This document shows, piece after piece, positions 49,756 through 62,437 of a stretch of DNA of 64,000 nt; position 1 is the stretch's first letter; the number at the start of each line of letters is the position of its first letter. The translations under genes and the position numbers were made by a program. The stretch comes from Alphaproteobacteria bacterium (lineage in GTDB: Bacteria > Pseudomonadota > Alphaproteobacteria > Rs-D84), in assembly GCA_031549365.1 (NCBI GenBank), contig JAVBPX010000001.1:1-64000 (forward strand). The letters run 5' to 3'. The notes under the pieces are model-generated. The model did no database searches, was not told the DNA's origin, and saw nothing but the letters and a program-made list of their open reading frames with translations.

Positions 49756-50589
49756 TTATTTCTTTTTGGCCACATGGCGTGAACGGATAATATATTTATC
49801 TGTTCTTTTGTTAACACGGGTTCTGTAACCTTTGGCAATGATACCAGATGGGGACATAGCTGGATGTCCTTTGGATTTACCATTACCACCACCATTTGGA
49901 TGGTCCACAGGGTTCATCGCAATACCGCGAACAGATGGACGGATACCCAACCAACGTTTACGGCCTGCTTTACCATAATTAATATTACGTTGATCTGGAT
50001 TTGAAACAACACCAACTGTTGCAACACATTCAGAAAAAATCTTGCGCAACTCGCCTGATCCCATTTTAATTTGGGCATATGGGCCGTCTTTACCCATCAA
50101 TTGGGCATAGCAACCAGCAGATCTCGCCAACTGGCCACCGGCACCTGGTTTCATTTCAACGTTGTGAACGATTGTACCGATTGGCATGTTTTTCAATGGC
50201 AATGCGTTACCCGGTTTAATATCAACATTGTTACCTGCGATAACAGTGTCGCCAACCGCTAATTTTTGTGGTGCCAAAATGTATGCTTTTTCTTTGTCTG
50301 CATATTCAATCAATGCAATAAAAGCTGTACGATTTGGATCGTATTCCAAACGCAAAACTGTTGCTGGCACGTCTTTTCTCATACGTTTGAAATCAATCAT
50401 ACGATATTTACGTTTATGCCCACCACCTTGGTGACGTACAGTAATACGTCCCATGTTGTTGCGTCCACCTTTGGATGTTAATCCGCGGGTCAAAGTTTTT
50501 TCTGGATCCCCTTTGTATAAATCGGAACGGTCAACCATAACCAGGCCGCGCATTCCAGGGGTAATCGGTTTATATTTTTTAAGTGCCAT
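49756..50589 (-). CDS. rplB: 50S ribosomal protein L2
   Basis: [15 protein letters not shown]. Confidence 0.98.
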   Translation of the reverse strand: MALKKYKPITPGMRGLVMVDRSDLYKGDPEKTLTRGLTSKGGRNNMGRITVRHQGGGHKRKYRMIDFKRMRKDVPATVLRLEYDPNRTAFIALIEYADKEKAYILAPQKLAVGDTVIAGNNVDIKPGNALPLKNMPIGTIVHNVEMKPGAGGQLARSAGCYAQLMGKDGPYAQIKMGSGELRKIFSECVATVGVVSNPDQRNINYGKAGRKRWLGIRPSVRGIAMNPVDHPNGGGNGKSKGHPAMSPSGIIAKGYRTRVNKRTDKYIIRSRHVAKKK

Positions 50590-50616
50590 GTCTATTATCC
50601 TTTTACCGTTTGCACC

Positions 50617-50925
50617 TTACATCCCAGCCATAACGTCAATTTTTTGATTATCGGCCAGGGTCACGTACGCTTTTTTTACCAAGCGTTGTTGTCCAGAACG
50701 TCCTTTGAAAATTTTTACTTTTCCTTTGGTGTTCACGACATTAATTTTTTTCACTTTTACGCCATAGATTGCTTCAACAGCACGTTGAATATCACCTTTG
50801 GTCGCATCAGTTGCAACTTCGAAAACGACAGCGTTTTTTTCCGCAGCATTCGCAGCTTTTTCTGTGATGATTGGGCGAACCAAAACATCATACATAACTG
50901 GTGTTATTACTTTTTTATCAGCCAT
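50617..50925 (-). CDS. rplW: 50S ribosomal protein L23
   Basis: PIITEKA, KKAYVTL. Confidence 0.97.
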   Translation of the reverse strand: MADKKVITPVMYDVLVRPIITEKAANAAEKNAVVFEVATDATKGDIQRAVEAIYGVKVKKINVVNTKGKVKIFKGRSGQQRLVKKAYVTLADNQKIDVMAGM

Positions 50926-50927
50926 CG

Positions 50928-51551
50928 TTATGCTCCTAATCTTTCTTCGATTTTTTGAATCGCATCTTGGGTCAACACCAAGTTGTCATGTTTCAAAATA
51001 TCATATACATTCAATCCGATTGTTGGCAAAACATCAACGTGTGGAATGTTTGCAACAGATTTTTTGAAATTTGTATCAACGGCTTCGCCACCAACAAACA
51101 AAACATTTTTAACATTCATTTTTTCCAAAACTTTTGTCATTTCAGATGTTTTTGGCGCTTTCATTGCTTCGGAATCCAAGATAACGATTTTACCTTCTTT
51201 AATTTTCGAAGACAATGCCATTTTCAAGCCCAATGCACGGATTTTCTTTGGCAAATCGATTTCGTGTGAACGAACGACTGGTCCGAAAATAACCGCACCA
51301 CCGCGCATGTGTGGGGAACGAGTAGATCCCTGACGGGCGTGTCCTGTGCCTTTTTGTTTAAATGGCTTTTTTGTTGATCCGGAAATATCGCTGATTGATT
51401 TTGCTTTATGTGTTCCGGCACGACGATTGGCCAATTGGTATTGAACAACACGGTGCAAAATATCAGAACGTGGTTCAATTCCGAAAATCGCATCATTTAA
51501 TGTTGCTTTGCCGACGGATTTTCCATCAAAATTGATAACATTTAATTGCAT
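50928..51551 (-). CDS. rplD: 50S ribosomal protein L4
   Basis: KQKGTGHAR, GGAVIFGP; start trimmed to MQLNV. Confidence 0.98.
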   Translation of the reverse strand: MQLNVINFDGKSVGKATLNDAIFGIEPRSDILHRVVQYQLANRRAGTHKAKSISDISGSTKKPFKQKGTGHARQGSTRSPHMRGGAVIFGPVVRSHEIDLPKKIRALGLKMALSSKIKEGKIVILDSEAMKAPKTSEMTKVLEKMNVKNVLFVGGEAVDTNFKKSVANIPHVDVLPTIGLNVYDILKHDNLVLTQDAIQKIEERLGA

Positions 51552-51552
51552 A

Positions 51553-52269
51553 TTATTCCTCCGTCGAAACTGTTTGTTCGGCAACTACTTCTTCTTTTTT
51601 GCCGGCTGTTGGAACTGGCAATTCAGATGGCAATGTTTTTTTTGTAGCATCGCGAACTGTTACAAATGATCCTTTACCACCTGGTACAGCACCAATTACG
51701 AATAACAATCCGTTTTCTGAATCTGTTCCGAAAACTTCAATATTTTGAACCGTTACGGTTTCATTACCCATTTGTCCTGGCATTTTACGGCCTTTGAAAA
51801 CACGACCTGGCAATTCACGGTTACCTGTGGATCCCAAAGAACGGTGGGCTTTTAAAACACCGTGCGATGCTTCCAGTCCGGCAAAGTTATGACGTTTAAT
51901 GCCGCCTTGGAAACCTTTACCTTTGGATGTCGATGTCACATCAACAAATTGTCCACGAATAAAGTGTTCAACAGTCAATGCTTGACCAACTGGCATCATA
52001 CAATCATCCGATACACGGAATTCCACAACTTTGCGGAATGGCTTGACGCCTTCTTTTTTGTAATGTCCCAATTGTGGTTTAGCCACGTGTTTTTCTTTAG
52101 CTTCGTTCAATCCAACTTGGACCGCAACGTAACCATGTTTATCCATTGTGCGTTGACCTACAACTGTACAGTCTTTGGCTTGCAAAACAGTTACTGGAAC
52201 GCTGTTGCCGTTTTCATCAAACAAGCGTGTCATTCCAACTTTCGTAGTGATAATTCCCGAACGTTTCAT
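51553..52269 (-). CDS. rplC: 50S ribosomal protein L3
   Basis: KVGMT, SKGKGFQG, KMPGQMG. Confidence 0.98.
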   Translation of the reverse strand: MKRSGIITTKVGMTRLFDENGNSVPVTVLQAKDCTVVGQRTMDKHGYVAVQVGLNEAKEKHVAKPQLGHYKKEGVKPFRKVVEFRVSDDCMMPVGQALTVEHFIRGQFVDVTSTSKGKGFQGGIKRHNFAGLEASHGVLKAHRSLGSTGNRELPGRVFKGRKMPGQMGNETVTVQNIEVFGTDSENGLLFVIGAVPGGKGSFVTVRDATKKTLPSELPVPTAGKKEEVVAEQTVSTEE

Positions 52270-52286
52270 ATTTGATACTCTTCCTT

Positions 52287-52598
52287 TTACAATTGAATCT
52301 TCACGTCAACACCGGCCGCCAAATCCAACTTCATCAGAGCATCTACGGTTTGAGGGGTTGGATTAACAATATCGATCACGCGTTTGTGGTTGCGGATTTC
52401 GAACTGCTCACGGGCTTTTTTATCCACATGAGGCGAGCTGTTGACAGTAAACTTTTGAACCAGAGTTGGAAGAGAAACAGGCCCCTTGACCTCTGCCCCT
52501 GTTCTCTTGGCTGTTTTTACAATTTCATCAACCGAATTAATCAAAACGCGGTGATCAAATGCAGCCAATTTAATACGAATTTTTTGAGTAGCAATCAT
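52287..52598 (-). CDS. rpsJ: 30S ribosomal protein S10
   Basis: [22 protein letters not shown]. Confidence 0.98.
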   Translation of the reverse strand: MIATQKIRIKLAAFDHRVLINSVDEIVKTAKRTGAEVKGPVSLPTLVQKFTVNSSPHVDKKAREQFEIRNHKRVIDIVNPTPQTVDALMKLDLAAGVDVKIQL

Positions 52599-52628
52599 AG
52601 TCTATTCCTCTTTCCAACTTGATTTATA

Positions 52629-53819
52629 TTATTGAATGATCTTTGAAACCACTCCGGCGCCAACAGTGCGTCCGCCTTCACGAATAGCGAAGCGCAAACC
52701 TTCTTCCATAGCGATTGGAGAGATCAAAGTTACAGTCATTTTTACGTTATCGCCTGGCAGAACCATTTCTTTGTCCGCTGGCAATTCGATTGTTCCGGTA
52801 ACGTCAGTTGTACGGAAATAGAATTGTGGGCGATAGTTCGAGAAGAACGCTGTATGACGTCCACCTTCTTCTTTTGTCAGAATATAGCATTCTGTTTCGA
52901 ATTTGGTGTGTGGTGTGATTGATCCTGGTTTAGCCAAAACTTGACCACGTTCAACATCTTCTTTCTTGGTTCCACGTAACAATAAACCTACGTTGTCCCC
53001 TGCTTGACCTTGGTCTAACAATTTGCGGAACATTTCAACGCCAGTGATTGTTGTTTTTTGTGTTGGACGAATTCCGATGATTTCAACTTCTTCACCAACT
53101 TTGATAATACCTTGTTCAACACGACCTGTTACAACAGTACCACGGCCTGTGATTGAAAATACGTCTTCAACTGGCATCAAGAATGTTTTATCCAATGGAC
53201 GTTCTGGTGTTGGGATAAATGTATCAACAGCATTCATCAAGTTCATAATAGCTTCTTCGCCCAATTCTGGTTCACGACCTTCCAAGGCACACAAAGCAGA
53301 TCCACGAATAATTGGTGTTGTATCACCTGGGAAGTTGTACGAAGACAACAATTCACGAATTTCCATTTCAACCAATTCCAACAATTCAGCGTCTTTAACC
53401 ATATCAGCTTTGTTCATGAAAACAACGATTGAAGGAACGCCAACCTGACGAGCCAACAAGATGTGTTCACGAGTTTGTGGCATTGGACCGTCTGACGCTG
53501 CAACAACCAAGATTGCTCCGTCCATTTGGGCAGCACCAGTGATCATGTTTTTAACATAATCGGCGTGTCCTGGACAGTCAACGTGTGCATAGTGACGGTT
53601 TGCAGTTGAATATTCAACGTGTGATGTATTAATAGTAATTCCACGTGCTTTTTCTTCTGGGGCGTTATCGATCGCAGCATATCCTTTTGCTTCGGCTCCG
53701 CCTTTTTTTGCCAAAACAGTTGTAATCGCGGCTGTCAAAGTTGTTTTACCGTGATCAACGTGTCCGATTGTACCAATATTAACGTGAGGCAGGCCTCTGT
53801 TAAATTTTTCTTTTGCCAT
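52629..53819 (-). CDS. tuf: Elongation factor Tu
   Basis: [27 protein letters not shown]. Confidence 0.99.
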   Translation of the reverse strand: MAKEKFNRGLPHVNIGTIGHVDHGKTTLTAAITTVLAKKGGAEAKGYAAIDNAPEEKARGITINTSHVEYSTANRHYAHVDCPGHADYVKNMITGAAQMDGAILVVAASDGPMPQTREHILLARQVGVPSIVVFMNKADMVKDAELLELVEMEIRELLSSYNFPGDTTPIIRGSALCALEGREPELGEEAIMNLMNAVDTFIPTPERPLDKTFLMPVEDVFSITGRGTVVTGRVEQGIIKVGEEVEIIGIRPTQKTTITGVEMFRKLLDQGQAGDNVGLLLRGTKKEDVERGQVLAKPGSITPHTKFETECYILTKEEGGRHTAFFSNYRPQFYFRTTDVTGTIELPADKEMVLPGDNVKMTVTLISPIAMEEGLRFAIREGGRTVGAGVVSKIIQ

Positions 53820-53840
53820 AGTCGTCTCCTTTTGATTTAA

Positions 53841-55922
53841 CTATTGGTTGTGTTTTTTAATAACTTCGTCCGCCACATTCTGTGGAACATCCGCATAATG
53901 TGACAATTCCATAGAGAACGTTGCGCGGCCCTGGGACAGGGAACGCAATGTTTTCACATAGCCGAACATAGACGCCAATGGAACATATGCATCAACGACT
54001 TGGGCACCGAAACGTGCTTCCATTCCGTTAATTTGTCCACGACGAGAATTCAGATCTCCGATGATATCCCCCATGTATTCCTCAGGAGTAACAACCTCGG
54101 CTCTCATAATTGGCTCGAGCATTTTTGGTGAAGCTTCTTTAACGGCTTCACGAAAGGCTGCACGCGCCGCAATTTCAAAGCACAATACGTTCGAGTCAAC
54201 TTCATGGTATTTTCCGTCAACCAGAGTCGCTTTGAAATCAATAGTTGGATAGCCTGCCAATACACCTGATTGTTGGGCCATCTTTAAACCTTTTTCTACA
54301 CCTGGGATATATTCTTTTGGAACAGATCCACCGACAATCTTGTTTTCGAACTGGTAACCAGAACCTGGTTCCAATGGCTCGAATATAATTTTAACTTGGG
54401 CATATTGACCCGATCCACCAGATTGCTTTTTATGAGTATAATCTTTTGTAACAGTTTTTCTGAATGTTTCACGGTATGCAATACGTGGTTCGCCAATATT
54501 TGCTTCTACTTTGAATTCACGGAACAAACGGTCAACCAAAATATCCAAATGCAATTCGCCAACACCAGCCAAAATTGTTTGACCTGATTCTTGGTCCACA
54601 GAAACATGGAACGAAGGATCTTCTTTGGCCAAAGCTTGTAATCCCAAAGACATTTTTTCAATATCCGCTTTGGTTTTTGGCTCAATTGCGATTTCAATAA
54701 CTGGATCTGGAATGTGAATTTTTGCCAAAATGATTGGTTTTGCATCATCACACAATGTATCCCCTGTAAATGTATCTTTCAATCCGACCAAAACAACGAT
54801 GTCGCCAGCATTTGCTTCTTTGATTTCTTCGCGATTGTTCGAATGCATCAATAACATACGTCCAATACGTTCGCGTTTATCACGGCTGGAATTCAACACG
54901 TATGATCCAGATGTCAATTTACCAGAATAAACACGCACATACATCAAAGAACCAACATATGGATCGTTTGCAACTTTGAACGCCAATGCTGAAAATGGTT
55001 CGGATGCGTCCGGATGACGTTCGTCTTTGGTTTCGCCGTCCATTTTTACGCCTTCGATGGCTGGAATATCAACTGGGGATGGCAAATAGTCAACAACAGC
55101 ATCCAACAATGGTTGCACACCTTTGTTTTTAAATGCAGTACCACACAAAATTGGGTTGAATGATTGGTTAATTGTTCCTTTGCGGATCAATTTTTTCAAT
55201 GTTTCAACATCCGGAGTCTTGCCCTCCAAGTATGCTTCCATGATGGCGTCGTCTTGTTCTACGGCCATTTCAACCAATTTCGAATGCAATTCTTCTGCTT
55301 TGGCTTTTAAATCAGCTGGAATTTCAGTTTCAACTGGGTTTGATCCCATTTCGTCTTCCCAAATAATTCCTTTCATTGCAACAACGTCAACAACACCCTT
55401 GAAATCAGATTCAGCACCAATTGGGAAATTGATAACCAATGGATTTGCGCCCAAACGTTGACGGATCATTTCTACACAACGGAAAAAGTCCCCACCAATA
55501 CGATCCATTTTATTAATAAAGCAAATTCTTGGGACGTTGTATTTGTCTGCTTGGCGCCATACAGTTTCAGTTTGTGGCTGAACACCAGACACAGATTCAA
55601 ACACAGCAACAGCACCGTCCAATACGCGCAAAGAGCGCTCAACTTCCATTGTAAAGTCTACGTGCCCTGGGGTATCGATCAAATTAATACGGTGATCTTT
55701 CCAGAAACAAGTTGTAGCCGCAGATGTAATTGTAATACCGCGTTCTTGTTCTTGAACCATCCAATCCATAGTGGCGGCGCCTTCGTGAACTTCGCCAATT
55801 TTGTATGACTTACCAGTGTAATACAAAATACGTTCCGAAGTCGTAGTTTTACCAGCGTCAATATGGGCCATAATCCCGATATTGCGATACATATGTAATG
55901 GTGCAGTTTTTCCAGCGGCCAT
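53841..55922 (-). CDS. fusA: Elongation factor G
   Basis: [25 protein letters not shown]. Confidence 0.99.
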   Translation of the reverse strand: MAAGKTAPLHMYRNIGIMAHIDAGKTTTSERILYYTGKSYKIGEVHEGAATMDWMVQEQERGITITSAATTCFWKDHRINLIDTPGHVDFTMEVERSLRVLDGAVAVFESVSGVQPQTETVWRQADKYNVPRICFINKMDRIGGDFFRCVEMIRQRLGANPLVINFPIGAESDFKGVVDVVAMKGIIWEDEMGSNPVETEIPADLKAKAEELHSKLVEMAVEQDDAIMEAYLEGKTPDVETLKKLIRKGTINQSFNPILCGTAFKNKGVQPLLDAVVDYLPSPVDIPAIEGVKMDGETKDERHPDASEPFSALAFKVANDPYVGSLMYVRVYSGKLTSGSYVLNSSRDKRERIGRMLLMHSNNREEIKEANAGDIVVLVGLKDTFTGDTLCDDAKPIILAKIHIPDPVIEIAIEPKTKADIEKMSLGLQALAKEDPSFHVSVDQESGQTILAGVGELHLDILVDRLFREFKVEANIGEPRIAYRETFRKTVTKDYTHKKQSGGSGQYAQVKIIFEPLEPGSGYQFENKIVGGSVPKEYIPGVEKGLKMAQQSGVLAGYPTIDFKATLVDGKYHEVDSNVLCFEIAARAAFREAVKEASPKMLEPIMRAEVVTPEEYMGDIIGDLNSRRGQINGMEARFGAQVVDAYVPLASMFGYVKTLRSLSQGRATFSMELSHYADVPQNVADEVIKKHNQ

Positions 55923-55939
55923 TGTGGTTCCCCTCTATA

Positions 55940-56796
<857 letters not shown>

Positions 56797-56943
56797 GAAT
56801 AACCCTTTGTTTTTTGTACATAATTTCTGCGTAAAACAATCGTTTTGGATTTATTTTCCGTGATATCACGAAATTTATAAATCCAGCTAACCCATTGTTT
56901 TATCGATGTTTTTTCTTTGGCATATTTCATCCAAATCAGACCC

Positions 56944-56972
56944 ATATTAAAGTCAAACCACCCAATTGTCAA
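56944..56972 (-). promoter_or_regulatory. str operon promoter
   Basis: TTGACA-N17-TAATAT on the minus strand. Confidence 0.65.
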
Positions 56973-57173
56973 GCAAAAATACCAAAAATTTCAATGTTTT
57001 TCGCGACCACGCCATACCCGCCCGACCAAATAAATTTCTATGTTTGACACTCGAATCTTTTTTGATAAACCCTTGGTTGAAAAATCATCAAACATAATAT
57101 TGTTGAACAAATCTTTAATTCAGGGGTTGATTTTTATTTTTTAATGAATATATTGTTGTCAAAGGAAAAAATT

Positions 57174-58322
57174 ATGCAAAATCATAAAAACAAACGTCTT
57201 AAAAAATTATATAAATGGCTGTTGGGATCCATCGCATTTGGCTTGTTTTATTCGGGTCATAACGGCCCAGAATTTGACAAAGTCCCCATGTACGCGATAT
57301 ACAATCCCAAAAATATAAAATCGGATTTATTTTTTGCTCATTTATCACGCACCAACGACACTGCAGACTGGGTATATATTCACGATAGGGATACTATAAA
57401 TTTGACACAAAACATAAACTCTCGAATTGAATATTCGAAACAAAAACCTATTAAACTCGATACGCTAACATCAGTTATTGATACTTGCTACATCAATGCC
57501 TGGCCCCCACTATGCTTGGGATATTACGATAATCGCCTAAGGACAACGCATGCCATACACTTTTTAGCAGACACAAATATGCCCGATTACAAACAAACAC
57601 AATTTCAACGCCGATTGGATTTGGTAAACAACCGCCACTTTATAAACACAGCGCATGAACGACATCATGACCACAACCAATATGAATACCCTTATAAAAA
57701 AGGCATAAAAAAATTGGACGTCTCAGACAAAGTATTGGCCGAATATCACAATGAAATCAGCGCAACAATCCGCAGTTATTTTGCCGTACGTAAAAAATTT
57801 ACAAGCGGAATAAACATCGATTATTCCGATGCCGATAAATATCAAAGATATATTTCATTTTTGAAATCAAATTATAAATCCGTTTCAAAAATTCCCGATT
57901 CGAACGAAATTATTTTTATATTTAAAAATATCTTAACTGCCGATTGGATCGATGCATACACAAACAAAAATTCCGCGGGAAAACGCTGTCGTAACAACAT
58001 CTTGACCATGAGTCCAGACATGAAGAACACACGAAAAATTTTAAATAATATGATTAAACACTATTATACATACGATTGTTTTACTGATGGCGAATTATGC
58101 TTGCTGGATATAATCGGGCCAGATTATATAAACGATAACATAAATTCAATCTTGCTTAATAATGCTGAAATTTCAAAATTAATTGTTGATATCCAAGAGA
58201 TTCGAAAAAACGGAGAAACTGCCGAAAACAAATTATTCAAAATCCAGCGCGATTATGGATACAACAAAATGAACCAATTAATTCAAATTTGGACTCGTGC
58301 GGCCAAACAAAAACCCAGATAA
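57174..58322 (+). CDS. Orphan protein with HExxH zincin-like motif
   Basis: AAGGA RBS before MQNHK; N-terminal hydrophobic anchor; AHERHH and downstream NEISA. Confidence 0.65.
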   Translation: MQNHKNKRLKKLYKWLLGSIAFGLFYSGHNGPEFDKVPMYAIYNPKNIKSDLFFAHLSRTNDTADWVYIHDRDTINLTQNINSRIEYSKQKPIKLDTLTSVIDTCYINAWPPLCLGYYDNRLRTTHAIHFLADTNMPDYKQTQFQRRLDLVNNRHFINTAHERHHDHNQYEYPYKKGIKKLDVSDKVLAEYHNEISATIRSYFAVRKKFTSGINIDYSDADKYQRYISFLKSNYKSVSKIPDSNEIIFIFKNILTADWIDAYTNKNSAGKRCRNNILTMSPDMKNTRKILNNMIKHYYTYDCFTDGELCLLDIIGPDYINDNINSILLNNAEISKLIVDIQEIRKNGETAENKLFKIQRDYGYNKMNQLIQIWTRAAKQKPR

Positions 58323-59423
58323 TTATTTTGAATCGCCGTTTTTCTGCCATACCGTTTTTGCACGGATTTCACGCCATTTGGCATGATTACTGTTGTGCTC
58401 TTCCAATGTTTTTGAAAACACATGTCCGCCAGAACCATCGGCCACAAAATATAAATAATCTGTGTTTGCCGGCTGTAATACAGCCTGGATTGCTGCGGCG
58501 CCCGGATTTGCAATTGGCCCTGGGGGCAATCCCTTGTTACGATATGTGTTATACGGGCTGTTAACTTCCATCAAATGTTTTTGATATAATTTTTTGCCCT
58601 CCATATGACCCAGCTTGTTCGTCAAAATATAAACAACCGTTGGATCAGCCTGTAATTTCATACCAATTTTTAAACGATTATAATAAACGGACGCAACACG
58701 CGGCATTTCGTCCGAAATCATAGTTTCGCGCTGAACAATTGACGCCAGGGTTAAAACTTCGTTCCAATTTTTTAATGGAATGTTCCATGAACCACGTTCG
58801 TAACTATTTTTCCAACCATCCATTTCGCGGGTCATAATTTTAATTACATTGTCCCTGCTCTCGCCCTTTGGCACGACATAGGTTGATGGAAATAAATCGC
58901 CTTCGGCCACATCGACTGTAATGCTGCCACGCAAATCTGGATTATTTTCAATAACGCGACGCGCCTGAATTATGGTGAATCCTTCGGGAATTGTAATGCT
59001 CGTCTGCGCAACGCGCCCTGTGGACATTTGCGAAGCTATGCGATACACACTCTCTCCTGCTGAAATATCGTAAACTCCGGCCTTGATCATACCACCAGAC
59101 ATACGAACCAATGCTTTGAAAACAATCGGATGAATTATCATATTTTTTTCATTTAATTTCTTCGCAACCGAATTAACCGCATCACCACGAACAACTTCAA
59201 TCGAAGAATCTTCGCGAATCGGAGAATACAAAAACACCGTCGCGAACCCAATCAATCCGACCACCATTAAAATGAAAAACAAAATATAATGCAGGCTGAA
59301 AAATTTTTGACGACGTGGTTTTGTTGCGTGCTTGGCAACATGTTTTACAGCAACCACTGACGGTGATTTTTTATGTGTCGCAACACGCGCATTATGTTTC
59401 TTGGACTTGTTCTTTTTTACCAT
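58323..59423 (-). CDS. mltG: Endolytic transglycosylase MltG
   Basis: TIPEG, EGDLFPSTY, LASIVQRE, LQADPTV, SPYNTY, GLPPGPI. Confidence 0.96.
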   Translation of the reverse strand: MVKKNKSKKHNARVATHKKSPSVVAVKHVAKHATKPRRQKFFSLHYILFFILMVVGLIGFATVFLYSPIREDSSIEVVRGDAVNSVAKKLNEKNMIIHPIVFKALVRMSGGMIKAGVYDISAGESVYRIASQMSTGRVAQTSITIPEGFTIIQARRVIENNPDLRGSITVDVAEGDLFPSTYVVPKGESRDNVIKIMTREMDGWKNSYERGSWNIPLKNWNEVLTLASIVQRETMISDEMPRVASVYYNRLKIGMKLQADPTVVYILTNKLGHMEGKKLYQKHLMEVNSPYNTYRNKGLPPGPIANPGAAAIQAVLQPANTDYLYFVADGSGGHVFSKTLEEHNSNHAKWREIRAKTVWQKNGDSK

Positions 59424-59508
59424 TTTAAATCTTTTTGTTTCACGCACTATTTATAGCAAAAGCCCCAGCATGACACAAGGGCTTTCTGCTGTGATTACAA
59501 TCCCAACA

Positions 59509-60777
59509 CTATTGACATTTTTTCAATAAAATGGATGCGTTGGTTCCGCCAAATCCAAAAGAATTGGATAATGCGTAATTAACAGTTTTCTCCTTCGCAA
59601 CATTTGGCACCAAATCGAATCCAACTGTAACTTCTTCTGGATCTTCCAAATTAATTGTTGGCGGACAAATATTGTCGCGAATCGCCAATGCTGAAAAAAT
59701 TGTTTCAACAGCACCCGCAGCACCCAACAAATGACCTGTCATCGACTTGGTCGAAGACATTGAAACATTTGTGCCTGTGAACATTTTTTTAACCGCGGAA
59801 AATTCTGCCAAATCGCCCAACGGGGTCGATGTTCCGTGTGCATTAATATAATCAATATCTGACGCAGAAATACCGGCATCTTTGATTGCGGCCTCCATTG
59901 CACGGTATCCACCGTTACCATCTTCGGCTGGCGCAGTAATATGATTCGAATCACCAGACATTCCGTACCCAACAACTTCGGCATAAATTTTTGCACCACG
60001 CGCAACCGCATGCTCGTATTCTTCCAATACAAGAACACCTGCACCCTCGCCAATGACAAAACCATCGCGCCCCTTGTCCCATGGACGCGACGCACGTGTC
60101 GGCTCATCATTTCTGGTTGATAATGCGCGCATTGCACAAAAGCCACCCATACCAATTGGACAAATCGCTGCTTCGGCACCGCCGGCAACCATAACGTCTG
60201 CCGCACCATACGCAATTAAACGCGACGCATCGCCAATTGCATGTGTCCCTGTTGCACAAGCGGTCACAACAGAACTGTTTGGCCCGCGGAAACCATAATT
60301 AATTGATACGTGTCCAGACAACATATTAATAATTGATTTTGTGATAAAGAACGGGGAAATTCGACGCGGCCCCTTTTCATGCAATTCAACACATGTTTCA
60401 TAAATCGATTGCATACCGCCAATACCGGATCCGATTAAAACACCGGTTCTGTCTTTGTCTTGCTCTTCTGTTGGCGTCCAACCAGAATCTTTGATTGCTT
60501 CGTCTGCAGCAACCAGACCGTATACCATAAATTTATCCATACGGCGTTGTTCACGTGGATCAACGATTGCATCGGGATTATATTGACCCGGTTCTGTCCC
60601 ATTTATTGGGTATCCACCAATTTTTGATGAATATTCTGTTACATCCATTAATCCTGGATCAATTGCGCGTACTCCAGATTTGCCCGCTTTGATTGCGGCC
60701 CATGCGTGGTCCACACCACACCCAACTGGGGAAACAATTCCCATTCCTGTAATAACGACACGTCGTTTACTTTGCAT
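59509..60777 (-). CDS. fabF: 3-oxoacyl-ACP synthase II
   Basis: TACATG, NAHGTST, GHLLGAAG, NSFGFGGTN. Confidence 0.97.
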   Translation of the reverse strand: MQSKRRVVITGMGIVSPVGCGVDHAWAAIKAGKSGVRAIDPGLMDVTEYSSKIGGYPINGTEPGQYNPDAIVDPREQRRMDKFMVYGLVAADEAIKDSGWTPTEEQDKDRTGVLIGSGIGGMQSIYETCVELHEKGPRRISPFFITKSIINMLSGHVSINYGFRGPNSSVVTACATGTHAIGDASRLIAYGAADVMVAGGAEAAICPIGMGGFCAMRALSTRNDEPTRASRPWDKGRDGFVIGEGAGVLVLEEYEHAVARGAKIYAEVVGYGMSGDSNHITAPAEDGNGGYRAMEAAIKDAGISASDIDYINAHGTSTPLGDLAEFSAVKKMFTGTNVSMSSTKSMTGHLLGAAGAVETIFSALAIRDNICPPTINLEDPEEVTVGFDLVPNVAKEKTVNYALSNSFGFGGTNASILLKKCQ

Positions 60778-60912
60778 AATATATCCTTTGTTAAAATAAA
60801 CTGTTTGGCTTTTGCCTGGTGCCTATTTTACTACATAAATACCCCATATTGTCAAATAAAAAACCCCATTTGGAATAATCCGCATGGGGTTTTAATTTTG
60901 AAACCAAATGGC

Positions 60913-61161
60913 TTATTTTTTTTCAGCCAATTTTGCTTCTACAAATTTGGCAGCATCGCCAACTGTTTGTAATTTTTGAGCCATATCGTCTGGAATAGTG
61001 ATTTCATATTTTGATTCCAATTCCATAACTAATTCAACGATATCCAAGCTGTCTGCTCCCAAGTCATTCGCAAAAGAAGCTTCCATTTTAACATCTTCTG
61101 GTTTAACTCCTAATTTATCAACGATAACTTGTTTCATTTCGTTAAAATCAAATTTTGCCAT
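60913..61161 (-). CDS. acpP: Acyl carrier protein
   Basis: DLGADSLD. Confidence 0.97.
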   Translation of the reverse strand: MAKFDFNEMKQVIVDKLGVKPEDVKMEASFANDLGADSLDIVELVMELESKYEITIPDDMAQKLQTVGDAAKFVEAKLAEKK

Positions 61162-61478
61162 TTTTTTTCCTTTGTTTTAATTAACTGTAAAACCTGTTCT
61201 TCATTGTTTCAGGTCTGTTGGTGAACAGTAAACAGTAATTTTACAATAATGTCAAGCACAACGTTAAAAATTATCAAAAAATCTAACCAACTATAACGGG
61301 ATAAATGCTGAAAAATCAATACATTATTCCATCGGACCCTAACATGATTAAAAACCCAACAAAAATACAAATCATCGGTCAAATTTCAAACATTTTACGA
61401 ATCAAACAAAAGCGCACCACTCATTAAGTATAAATGGATTTTTGCATATCGCTCCAACACGGCACGCCAGTAAATTGT

Positions 61479-61511
61479 TTGTCATTGCGAGCAGAACGCG
61501 GCAATCTTTGC
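61479..61511. repeat. Short palindromic intergenic repeat, TTGTCATTGC..GGCAATCTTTGC family
   Basis: Shares both ends with the copy at 62355-62394. Confidence 0.6.
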
Positions 61512-61547
61512 GATATAAAAATCATCAAAATACATTTATAATCCAAA

Positions 61548-61578
61548 CAAAAAATCCCGAACGCACGGTTCGGGATTT
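61548..61578 (-). terminator. Terminator after fabG
   Basis: AAAAAATCCCGAAC-GCACG-GTTCGGGATTT. Confidence 0.78.
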
Positions 61579-61591
61579 AAATTGGCTGGTT

Positions 61592-62329
61592 TTAAAACCT
61601 GGCCATGCCGCCATTTACATGAATCGTTTGACCCGTAATATATGACGCATCATCAGATGCCAAAAATAATACAGCATTCGCAATGTCGTCCGGGTTACCG
61701 AATCGATCCATTGGAATTTGATTCAACATCATGGTTTTGATTTCTTCGGGCAACACATCGGTCATTGGTGTCTGAATAAAGCCCGGCGCAACACAATTTG
61801 CTGTGATGCCACGTTTTGCAACCTCGGCCGATAATGTTTTTGTCATTGATGTCAATGCGCCTTTGGATGCTGTATAATTTGCCTGACCCGCATTACCTAA
61901 ATGCCCGACAATCGATGTAATATTAATAATGCGCCCATAACGATTTTTAATCATTGGCATAATTGAAGCACGGCACAATTTGAACACAGCGGTTAAATTA
62001 ACGCGAATCACTTCTTCGAAATCTTGGTCCGACATGCGCATCATTAAACCGTCTTTGGTCATACCAGCATTGTTAACCAAAATATCCAAACGTCCGGCCG
62101 ATTCGATTGTTTCACGAACCAAACGTTCACAATCTTCGGTCTTGGATAAATCCGCAGCAATTACAATCACTCGATCCTTTAATTCCGAACGCAGAGCATT
62201 TAATTTTTCAGTATTACGCCCTGTTAATACAACTGTTGCACCTGACGCGTGAATTTTTTTCGCAATCGCGTCACCAATACCACCAGTTGCGCCTGTTACC
62301 AAAGCCACTTTACCATCCATTTTATACAT
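61592..62329 (-). CDS. fabG: 3-oxoacyl-ACP reductase
   Basis: TGATGGIG, NNAG, YTASK; start trimmed to MYKMDG with AAGGA RBS. Confidence 0.96.
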   Translation of the reverse strand: MYKMDGKVALVTGATGGIGDAIAKKIHASGATVVLTGRNTEKLNALRSELKDRVIVIAADLSKTEDCERLVRETIESAGRLDILVNNAGMTKDGLMMRMSDQDFEEVIRVNLTAVFKLCRASIMPMIKNRYGRIINITSIVGHLGNAGQANYTASKGALTSMTKTLSAEVAKRGITANCVAPGFIQTPMTDVLPEEIKTMMLNQIPMDRFGNPDDIANAVLFLASDDASYITGQTIHVNGGMARF

Positions 62330-62354
62330 TTTCTTTCCTTTTTGTTTTTCATAA

Positions 62355-62394
62355 TTGTCATTGCTAGGCGTCATAACGCCGTGGCAATCTTTGC
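62355..62394. repeat. Short palindromic intergenic repeat between fabD and fabG
   Basis: TTGTCATTGCTAGGCGTCATAACGCCGTGGCAATCTTTGC. Confidence 0.62.
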
Positions 62395-62437
62395 AATATA
62401 TTGTCGCCAAAGGCTCATTCACAGCCTTTGACACTAT

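Noticed and set aside
62330-62434. 35-aa N-terminal extension of FabG reading through the palindromic repeat (RPE-like coding insertion)
   Set aside because: It needs a GTG start without a clear RBS, whereas ATG 62329 has AAGGA; treated as intergenic, though not excluded
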